Shown piece by piece: positions 1-8,053 of a stretch of 24,155 bases of DNA. Numbering within the stretch: the stretch's first letter is position 1; every line of letters starts with the position of its first letter. Source of the stretch: Elsinoe ampelina. Taxonomy: Eukaryota. The position numbers and the translations under genes are program-made. The stretch spans positions 787,781-811,935 of the forward strand of contig ML992512.1 of the NCBI GenBank assembly GCA_010093995.1, given 5' to 3'. The notes beneath the pieces are model-generated. The model saw only the letters and a list, made by a program, of their open reading frames with translations, did no database searches and was not told the origin of the DNA.

Positions 1-623
1 GAGACCCAGTCATTGTAGGCAGCCTGGCGAGCATCGTCAACTGGCACACCAAAAAGATTGGCGTAGGTGTGCTGGGTGAAGGCCGAAGCAGGGTCGGCGA
101 GATCTGTGGGAGGTGTGGTACCCTGAGCATATCCGACGACCTGAGCGTTGCCATCCACGGGGATACGAGAAGCACCGTCCCAGGTCCAGCAGTTTTCGCA
201 CCTGTAGATGAGCTCGAAGGTGGTGTCGGTCACAGTCGTCTTCAACGGAGTGATGGTGGCATTGCCAGTGTAGACGTCTGGCAGGATGTATCCGCTGGCA
301 TATCGGAAGGATGTAACCATCTTGCCCTCATTGGGCCACAGGAGGAGCAGGAGCGAGTTCGTCATGCTGCCTCCGAAGCTGAGACCAGTCCATCCTACAC
401 CTGTGGTTGTGCCGGCGACACGGCCGATGAATTCTGTCTGCTTGTCGGCGGCATCGGCAGGGGGGAGCGCGTAGCCAATCTGGAGCGAACCGGTACCGAC
501 CGTGTCCAGGGAAGCCTGGGAGACGATGATACCCGTGTCTGCATCAGTGTACGGGGCGACAGATGCCTGGCCCAAGACGGCCGAGGCGAAAGAAGCGGCG
601 GAGAAAAGAGTGGTGGCCCTCAT
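1..623 (-). CDS. Secreted cellobiose dehydrogenase-type cytochrome b domain (CAZy AA8); 5' part of a probable CDH or other AA8 protein, truncated by the window edge
   Basis: Not in the ORF track because it has no stop inside the window. Manual translation from ATG at 623 is open to position 1: MRATTLFSAASFASAVLG (signal peptide) QASVAPYTDADTGI...EFIGRV...GWTGLSFGGSMTNSLLLLLWPNEGKMVTSFRYASGYILPDVYTGNATIT...FELIYRCENCWTWDG...GYAQG...FTQHTYANLFG...ARQAAYNDWV. GGxM (Met87, codon 365-363), CxxC and QH (His185, codon 71-69) match the Met/His heme-b ligation pattern of CDH cytochrome domains. Confidence 0.9.
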   Translation of the reverse strand, partial: MRATTLFSAASFASAVLGQASVAPYTDADTGIIVSQASLDTVGTGSLQIGYALPPADAADKQTEFIGRVAGTTTGVGWTGLSFGGSMTNSLLLLLWPNEGKMVTSFRYASGYILPDVYTGNATITPLKTTVTDTTFELIYRCENCWTWDGASRIPVDGNAQVVGYAQGTTPPTDLADPASAFTQHTYANLFGVPVDDARQAAYNDWV

Positions 624-844
624 CCTGGAGGTCTGTGTGGTGAAAAGAAGGGATATGAAAACGAATGACAGCAGTTGGATACGATCAACGTATCGAATGA
701 ATGGACGCTCAAGTGAGCAGAAGGTGTGTAGAGAAGAGAAGGCCTACCGACATGGGCTACAGCGACATTTTGTTCAGCTGGATCCCCTGTGGAATGATTC
801 CCCACAAGCCATTCGGCCCTGATATGTCACCAAGAAGGGAGCCA

Positions 845-858
845 CGGTTGGTGAGCCG
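845..858. promoter_or_regulatory. CGG-N8-CCG, possible ClrB-type Zn2Cys6 dimer site upstream of the AA8 gene
   Basis: CGGttggtgagCCG about 220 bp upstream of the ATG at 623. Only 6 bases are specified, so a chance match is plausible. Confidence 0.3.
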
Positions 859-1418
859 CATGTTGGAGTCGTTGGAGGCGCCTGTGTGCGCTGAGAGTGG
901 ACGTGCAGTGTTCCACGAGCGCGTGGTGCGCATCTGGACCTGTCAGGGACGATTCGAATTGCGGCTGCTTGCAGTGGTTGCGCCGGAGAATCTCAGCCAC
1001 GTGCGACATGGTTGCCAAAATGCAAAGGCTTTCATTCGCGGAAGAGGTTGTGAAGGAGATGGAGGTGCGTTCTGTGGCGCCAGAGTGGATCTGGGTCAGA
1101 TCGCTTCGTCTGCTTGAAACGTCGGCCCAGACAGGCAAAACAGGCCAAGACCAATTCCCAGATCCCCTTCATCTCTTTTCCTGCACAATCCCGCCCTCCA
1201 ACAACCACCAAGCAATTCTTTCTCACTGCTTTTCTCGATCCATGCAGTCGACCTGGACTCCACCAACCATGAGATATGGTACGGTGGATGGATCTAAGGC
1301 AGCAGATTGTGTCGAGACCTCCTTCGCGACCCGCTTCGATTCATTCCTTCGAGACAAGCCTCTGTAGCATGAGTTCTTTGGCACTCGCGTACCGACAAAC
1401 CCTGGTTCCGGGTATGTC

Positions 1419-1425
1419 GGCTAAA
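1419..1425 (+). promoter_or_regulatory. XlnR/XYR1-type GGCTAAA site
   Basis: GGCTAAA at 1419-1425, plus CTAGCC (GGCTAG on the minus strand) at 1512-1517, about 800-890 bp upstream of the AA8 start. Confidence 0.3.
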
Positions 1426-1720
1426 TGAACTAACTTGCAACAGCCTTGCGATGAGTGTTGCTTCATTCCACTGGGTCGCATACATGCGGCAAACATCATC
1501 ACCAACTACTGCTAGCCAAATCAGCATACAGGACGAGTACAGTAATACCATGACCAGTCGTCGAATGCAGAAGCCTTGATGCAGTAGACCACCTTGAAAG
1601 TTTGATTCATCAATTGTGCATTCTTTACATGTATCGATAGATCTACGGTCCCATCTAGCTGGGAAGCACAATGAGCGAGTTTGCTGTTCAAGGATCCCTT
1701 CAACCACTGGTATGTTTGAG

Positions 1721-3555
1721 TCATCCCGGTCTGATGTGGTTCTCTCGAGCGAGAAACACACTCACCACTTCGCAGAGGCGTGCAGCGTCTTTCGACCGCT
1801 CCTTGTTAGTCTCCAAGATATGGTGCGTTCGAGCCAGCAAATCGCGGTCCGAAGGGTCGTTCGCCTTGAGAAGACAAATATACACCACCATCATGGGCAC
1901 AAAAGAGTACGTTGTAAACATCCAGGTAACAAGATTCGTGTCGCGCAGCAGTAGTGAGCCTTCAGCGGTACACGGTACGTTGGTGAACGTAATGAGCGCG
2001 AGTCTAGCATATCGTTGACACTCGTGGTTGATCATGGGCCGAGTCTGTGGATCTGAGCGAGCCCAGTGGACGCAGGTCAGCAGACTGTATGCTTGATTGT
2101 GCGCCGCACACACGGCATTGGTGAGCGAATCGGGATATCGTGCCTCTTGAAAATTGATCTGCTGTTGTTAGCGGTCCTTCCAGAGCTTTTGCAACATGGC
2201 GTACACTTTGCAGCGTGCATTGGATGTCGGAGATGTCGGTGCTTATGCCATCGACAATCGATTGACGTTGCTTATCACATAAGTTCGCAGCTGCAGCAGA
2301 CAGCGAGGTTCTCTGGAATCGACCTTGCTGTCTGGAAAACGCCGTGTAGACTCTAAAGTACTCGTCCCAAGGTCGTTGCTGAGGGTCGTCAGAGAGGTCA
2401 TGATGAGGCTGATCGATCTCTTCGTCGACAAAGTTGGACTTGAACCCCAGCACAAAGTATGTCGATCGGTCAATCAGATACACTGTCCAGAAGACTTGGC
2501 GTACGAGCTGTCGATGTTCAGCCTCGACTGTCCGTTCCAAGGTGCATTTTCGGTGGTAGCCTAGACTGTGGCACATTCCCGCGGCGATACTGATATATGT
2601 CCAGGCGAGATGAGTCTGTGGTTGCTCCATCGCTATGAAAGCCTGTACGTTATTAGCATTGTTTCGAACTCTGTTGTGTCTAGTCATTACCGCGAGGAGA
2701 AATGTCCGGATGTTTTCGAAACTCGGCGTCGTCAAGGTGGAATGGTCTTCGAGGTCTCTCTGGAATCTTCGCTCACAAATGCGCCGGGTGGACTGCGAGT
2801 AGGCTTGTCCTTCCTGAGTGACATTCTGATTTGCCGTGTGCTTGACGACCATATAGGTAATGGCGGGGGAGTTGAAGGAGGGGGCAAGTCGGCCGTCGGC
2901 GGCGTCTTGCTGATTTCCCTTTCTACTCGCACATTCCTCAATGGTCTGTATCTCATGCTCAACCACACGCCATAGTGACAGAAGGAGACCAACGGGTGGT
3001 AGATCTGTGCCGCTTTTGGCCGAGAATTACATGATTGCACGCATATTACCTCGAAGCTTGTCTCGTAGGGCAATCGTAGCTCTGGTAGACAAAGTCAGAG
3101 GCGTCCGATTTGCAGAAGCTTTGCCCTCCAACAGTGTAGTGCTATTGTTCAGACTGAACACGTTCATACGCAGGGTTGTCAATACCTCTGTCGTAGCAGC
3201 AGCATAGGGGCTCCCTGACCTTGCGAAAGAGCCGGTACTTGCAAGGTTGATTACGATTCTGCATACCAATGAGCTTATCAGGGCAAATGGAGAATCTCGA
3301 TCTAGTGTCAAGGTCGAGCAAGCGGATTTCGCTCCATGAGAGCTAGAGGATCTGGACGGAGGCGATAGTTGCAAAGATGCCTGGCCGTGGTATCTAGTAT
3401 AAGTTGGCGGTCGATAAGGCCTGCAGTCCCTGCGCAGTCGCTGGCATGTCGAGCAAGGTAACTTTCTATCGCAACGAATTTGCAATGATCCAGATCGTGT
3501 CTCCAATGCTCGTCTGCCTTGAGCGACGCACCTTTCTTCTTCTACAATGGGCACA
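1721..3555 (-). CDS. Zn2Cys6 zinc-cluster transcription factor with fungal-specific TF (middle homology) domain; possibly a damaged allele or pseudogene; both ends uncertain
   Basis: Hand-built exons: 3555-3532 (CAHCRRRK), 3479-3050 (IRCDRKLPCSTCQRLRRDC...), 3004-2691, 2642-2205, 2158-1721. Introns 3049-3005, 2690-2643 and 2204-2159 are GT-AG. Six cysteines form C-x2-C-x6-C-x5-C-x2-C-x6-C. Middle region AWTYISIAAGMCHSLGYHR...RQVFWTVYLIDRS...LG is typical of this family. Intron 3531-3480 ends in CAA, not CAG. No convincing start exon was found. A further intron near 1764 could extend the C-terminus to 1521. Confidence 0.8.
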
Positions 3556-4860
3556 CTTTCCAAAACCTGGTCAGCTGTGTCGATGTACGTCTGGCGAGAC
3601 TAAGGATGGCTTCCTTGGGGGAGCTCCTTTAGCGTTGCGATTGTTATATCAAATCAAGGGCAAGTTGCGGCAGATGTTTGACCATCTCTGCTTAGCTCCA
3701 ATCCCGTATCTCGGACCGAGCTGGGCAGTGGTTGTCATTGATGCTCGAGTCTCACGACCAGCAACTGGAGTCCATTCACGTGTCGTCGGTCGATATGGAA
3801 GTACTCCGCCGCCGGCGATTCTACGACGAATTCCACACCGGATCCTCGGACTCCACGGTTGTTCCCTGCCGCAACAACGTGGCAGATGGTAGTAATGTGG
3901 TGAAGTAGTGGGCGTAGAATCATCCGCAGCTCAAAGCAGTCCGTCATGCCCAGGTTACCGCCTCGACTACGCCGACTGTCCCTTGCTGCACCACACTCTT
4001 CGAATGTGCAGACCCTGCCCTGAATGTTTGTCCAATCGCCTCCAGAATAATACGAGGGACTGTGTCGGAGGAATGCAATCAAGTCCAGCCAAGGCATCCT
4101 CATGTTCTTGAACATCTACGATGCGATGATTGGGGAACAGCACTATGGTCCCTGAAGATCACGAAGCCGAGTATGAATGCCAATACGCAGATCGATTGAT
4201 GGGTTGATTCCCCCATGCCATCAGGTTGGATCGACTGCGTGCCGGTGTCCTTCGTTATATCATGCCAGGTCACTCGGCAATCTGACGTGCCTGGTTACAC
4301 ATTAGTCCGCTCGACTTGTTCGACGATGAACATTGACTTGGCAGTGAGAGGACAACACCAGTAACTCAACGACGAGCAGGACGTCGCCAACTTTTTTAAG
4401 AGCTGGCAGGCTGGGTGCGGACTTTGTGCGTGCCTGTCACGTGAGAGTAAAGGCATTTTACCGAGGTAGATGATCTCACTGAAAACCATGAACTGCTCTG
4501 AACGTGGATGGAAGACGGCAAGGTTTTTGCAGAACGGAGACTCATAACGACACTTGAACAAAACCATCATCTTTCCCACGACTCAGATAAGAGCGCATCT
4601 GCCTTGAAACAATTCACTGAACAGCAGTCATTCATTCCAGGGAGGGATTGACCGGCGGGAACGAAATAAAAGGGCTGCTTTACCCGCTTCAGCTGAGCCG
4701 CCCTCCTGACCACACTTTCATCACCTGTTTATGCCTATACAGCACTTGGCCATTTGCGGTCACCGGACCTGCCTGTCCAATATTAACCGACAGTCGTCGT
4801 CTTCGAGCCGCTACGGCGTCGCGAACCTGGACGTGGAACATGCCCTCTCGGTGCAGCCAT

Positions 4861-4883
4861 CTCCAGCGGAGACATGCGCTCCG
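4861..4883. promoter_or_regulatory. CGG-N11-CCG (Gal4/CLR-2-type) site overlapped by two CreA-type SYGGRG boxes in the LPMO promoter
   Basis: CGGAG-acatgcg-CTCCG (4867-4883, 5-bp inverted repeat) about 195 bp upstream of the LPMO ATG. CTCCAG (4861-4866, CTGGAG on minus) and GCGGAG (4866-4871) abut or overlap it. Confidence 0.4.
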
Positions 4884-5077
4884 AAACGCCTGTAACCAAG
4901 TGCATTGACTATTGCAGTAAGTACAATCTGCAAACACTCAAAAATGCCGTGGACCGGGTGTTTGAAGCTCATCTAGGCGTATTTCTTGTTTCTTGCTTGT
5001 CTCCTATATCTTGCTCATTTCCTCCGTGTTTTGTACCTTTACATCACAAGCGTTTCCACTTCTACAAGATCGCCAAG

Positions 5078-5954
5078 ATGAAGTCGTTCCTCGCCATCTC
5101 TTGTCTTGCCGCCAGCTCAGCCGCACACACCATCTTTACCGAGTTCTGGGTCAATGGAGTCTCCCAAGGTTTCATGCAGGGCGTCAGGACGGTCGAGTAC
5201 GATGGGTGAGTCGGCCCTTTTGCGTGCCACGCTTTCCCCACTGACGATTCAGACCCATCATGGACGTGACATCTCCCGACATTGTCTGCAACTCTGCCTC
5301 GAACACCTTCTCAAAGCCGTTCCCTCCTACCAAGATCATCAATGTCCCCGCCGGTGCATCTGCCACTGCCGAATGGCACCACACCCTCAAGGGCCGTGAC
5401 CCCTCCGACACCTCGGACCCCATTGACAAGTCCCACCTCGGACCCACCATCATCTAGTGAGCAAAATGCAGGCCCATACCAATGAGTGACATTCACTAAT
5501 TACCCATCAGCCTCGCCAAGGTCGACAATGCCCTCAACACCAACGTCCAAGGCCTCAAGTGGTTCAAGATCTACGAGGACGGCCTCGACTCCAACGGCCA
5601 ATGGGGTGTCAACCGCATGATTAACAACCTTGGCAAAGTCAGCTTCACCATCCCCAAGTGCATCCCCTCGGGCCAGTACCTTCTCAGGGCAGAGCTCATC
5701 GCTCTCCACGCAGCACAGAGCTACCCAGGTGCACAATTCTACATGGAGTGTGCCCAGATCAACGTCACTGGCGGCGGGAGTGCTTCCCCAGCCACTGTGA
5801 GCTTTCCTGGAGCTTACAAGGGATCCGACCCTGGGTAAGTTGTACTTGTGAGAGGATGATGCGCAAGACTGACGATGACAGTATCACGTTCAACCTGTAC
5901 TACCCCGTACCAAAGACATACACTGTCCCTGGGCCGGCTGTCTTCAAGTGCTAG
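5078..5954 (+). CDS. AA9 lytic polysaccharide monooxygenase, secreted, no CBM, 242 aa, probably C4-oxidising clade
   Basis: Exons 5078-5205, 5253-5456, 5511-5834, 5882-5954 (729 nt, three phase-2 GT-AG introns with CTGAC/CTAAT branch sites). Signal peptide [16 protein letters not shown] followed by His1 (HTIF), [48 protein letters not shown]. Confidence 0.96.
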
Positions 5955-6109
5955 ACGGAACAAGCAAAGCTCATGTGACATCCGCTGAACGTGGAAGAGC
6001 GTGGTAAGTCGCTTGTCCACTTCACGATGGACAACATAGATCAAAATACACATGACAACGACAAGTTTCTTGTATATATCAATATCTACCGTATATACCT
6101 TCAGCAAGC

Positions 6110-7300
6110 CTCACTTCCCCTTCCCCTTCCCTTGACCTTTCCCCTGTCCCTTCCCCTTTCCCTTCCCACTCTCAACCACCACCCCCTCATCAGGCCACTT
6201 CCCCTCAGCCACCCTCTCCTCCCCCTCACTCCACTCCACCGGCAACACCGCGAAAACCAGATAGCTCGTGTGCGCCTTGACCTCGGCTTCAGTCCTATGC
6301 ACCAGCATACCCTCTTTGAACGTCTTCCTTTCCTTCTCCTTCTCCCTATTCCGCTCCTGCCGCGCCTGTTTAGCAGTCACTCTCGGCTCGCCCTTCTCCG
6401 CTTTGGACTTTTTCACCTCCCCACCTGTCCCTGTTCCTTCCACTGAACCCTTCCCCATGCCATCCCCCTCCGCCCCCTCCCCATTCTCCCTCTCCCCCGC
6501 AACCCCATCCCCACCATCTACCCCCCCGGCAGCAGCAGCAGCAGAAGAAGAAGAAGCCTTCATCGTCCCCTCCCAAGCCTTGAACCTCCCCTCCACCTCC
6601 CTAAGTCTCCCCACAGCCTCCATCACATCCTTCGGTCCCCCCGTGGCGCCCCGGAGTCCATCCTCGGCCAAGCCCACCCTCTCCCGCCGTATATCCAGTC
6701 TCCGGTTCGCCATCTCGACCATTTGGATCTCCACCCAGCCTAGTTGGCGTAACGAGGAGACGACGGATTGCACTTGTTCGATGCAGGGGGTGAAGGTGCA
6801 GAGGTGGATTGGGTGGTGGGGGGAGAGGGGGGAGAGGAAGGTGTCGGCCGAGGGGGCCGCGGGGCCAGGGGCGGGGGTGGAGGTGGATTGGGCCTGGGCC
6901 TGGGTCTGGGGTTGAGACTCTGAGGTTTGTGGGTGGGTGAGGGATTTGTGCTGGGCGGGGGAGAGGGGGCGGCGGGTGAGGTTGCGGAGGGCGAGCCAGG
7001 GGGCGGGGAGGTCGAGGAAGATGGCGGTTGCGTTGGGGGAAGAAGGGGAGGTGGAGTCGGGGGACGGGGGGAGGAGGAAGCCTTCGTTGTAGACGTCGCG
7101 GTGGGTGACGGTCACCATGTCGCAGAGTTTGTGGGAGATGAGTTCTTCTTGGAGGGACTGCACTCGTGGTTCGTGGTACTCGAAGCTGTAGACGTGGCCG
7201 GCGGAGGGGTGGTTGAAGACTGCGCGGGCGGCGGCGTGAGTGAAGGAGCCTGAGCCGGCGCCGGCTTCGATGAGGTGCGAGCCAGGGGTGACGCACATTC
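6110..7300. other. GC-skew inversion island 1 (C-rich to about 6750, then G-rich)
   Basis: Plus strand is dominated by C runs from 6110 to about 6750 and by G runs from about 6785 to 7300; visible by eye, boundaries approximate. Confidence 0.8.
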
Positions 7301-7742
7301 GTTGGAGGATGTAGCTGTAGTCTGGGGTGTATACTACTTGTGTCCGGTGAGGAAGAGAGATGGTCCAGGATTCAGGGGTAGGTTGAAGAAGGTGACCGAA
7401 GCCTGTGCCAGCGACTATGGCGGCTTGCATAGGGACGTTGGAGCTTGATCTTTCTTCGCCGTCGTCGTTGGGGTCTCGCTTCCGCTTCTTGCCTTTTGCC
7501 CTGGAGCCGGTGTCGACCTTTGATGCCAAGATTTGACTTCCCCATGGTTGGTCGAGAAGAGTGCTGTGAGGGAACGATCCAAAACGAGTATTGGTGACAG
7601 GTCCTTCAGCATAGCCATCTGCGACTCTCTCATCATTTGAGAGTATTATTTGGAGTTGATGATCTCTCTTCATCTGCAGGACCGCCAGCGAGTCCGCAGT
7701 GGCGGTAGTGCCGGCATTGAAAAATGGAGATACCGTCGCCAT
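6111..7742 (-). CDS. TRM61: tRNA (adenine58-N1)-methyltransferase catalytic subunit Trm61/Gcd14, 543 aa
   Basis: Single exon; first ATG in the ORF is at 7742 (MATVSPFF). Motifs PTPESWTISLPHRTQVVYTPD, EAGAGSGSF (SAM binding), SFEYH, FLDLPAPW, CTFTPCIEQV, HTSYLVFA. Confidence 0.95.
   Translation of the reverse strand: MATVSPFFNAGTTATADSLAVLQMKRDHQLQIILSNDERVADGYAEGPVTNTRFGSFPHSTLLDQPWGSQILASKVDTGSRAKGKKRKRDPNDDGEERSSSNVPMQAAIVAGTGFGHLLQPTPESWTISLPHRTQVVYTPDYSYILQRMCVTPGSHLIEAGAGSGSFTHAAARAVFNHPSAGHVYSFEYHEPRVQSLQEELISHKLCDMVTVTHRDVYNEGFLLPPSPDSTSPSSPNATAIFLDLPAPWLALRNLTRRPLSPAQHKSLTHPQTSESQPQTQAQAQSTSTPAPGPAAPSADTFLSPLSPHHPIHLCTFTPCIEQVQSVVSSLRQLGWVEIQMVEMANRRLDIRRERVGLAEDGLRGATGGPKDVMEAVGRLREVEGRFKAWEGTMKASSSSAAAAAGGVDGGDGVAGERENGEGAEGDGMGKGSVEGTGTGGEVKKSKAEKGEPRVTAKQARQERNREKEKERKTFKEGMLVHRTEAEVKAHTSYLVFAVLPVEWSEGEERVAEGKWPDEGVVVESGKGKGKGQGKGQGKGKGK
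6114..6166 (+). repeat. Imperfect (CTTCCC)n hexamer repeat encoding a C-terminal GK/GQ tail of Trm61
   Basis: cttccccttccccttcccttgacctttcccctgtcccttcccctttcccttccc translates on minus as GKGKGKGQGKGQGKGKGK. Confidence 0.75.
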
Positions 7743-7922
7743 GATGCCGAAATCACTTGCTGAGATGGTCACCGACGTAGACTGTCTTCTTCCAATGTTG
7801 GATGCCGTCAATATCTGGTTGGCCTTCTTATATACGGACTGAGGATAAATGTGAAATGCTTCCGTGAATTTTCGGTATAGCGCGCTTCGAGATATCTGAT
7901 TGGCTGAAGCTCCGCGGCCCTA

Positions 7923-8006
7923 TGACTCGGGCACGTCGGGGTTTCAGAGGCCACGAGGGACAAGTTTCCACGATTCGCAAAATATACGTGACTCCCTCAC
8001 TGACTC
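7923..8006 (+). promoter_or_regulatory. Three TGACTC Gcn4/CpcA (CPC-1)-type elements in the TRM61/CysRS divergent promoter
   Basis: TGACTC at 7923-7928, 7989-7994 and 8001-8006; a fourth copy (GAGTCA, 8351-8356) lies in the CysRS intron. Aminoacyl-tRNA synthetase genes are established cross-pathway-control targets. Confidence 0.6.
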
Positions 8007-8053
8007 CGACTGATCACATTCCCAGCAATCCCTCCAAGCAACCCTGTCGCTTG

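Noticed and set aside
69..668. 199-aa plus-strand ORF from the track
   Set aside because: Antisense shadow of the AA8 gene; the minus frame carries the signal peptide and heme ligands.
701..1367. Overlapping 100-156 aa ORFs between the AA8 gene and the TF
   Set aside because: No recognisable motifs or splice structure; best read as AA8 promoter.
2732..3073. Apparent frameshift in the TF via the LPYETSFEVI frame
   Set aside because: A 45-nt phase-1 GT-AG intron (3049-3005) joins the flanking frames cleanly, so no frameshift is needed.
3735..4937. Short ORFs between the TF and the LPMO
   Set aside because: No motifs or signal peptides recognised; consistent with a long divergent intergenic region.
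6268..7296. Pro/Arg-rich and Gly/Glu-rich alternative-frame ORFs over TRM61 (similar ones over NOB1 and at 17714-18415)
   Set aside because: By-products of extreme C/G skew, which removes stop codons from other frames.
7743..7811. ORF-track N-terminal extension of TRM61
   Set aside because: Starts at a non-ATG codon; the first ATG is at 7742.
7922..8053. In-frame ATG at 7922 as the CysRS start
   Set aside because: It lies within the TGACTC cluster only 180 bp from the TRM61 start and is more likely promoter; not formally excluded.
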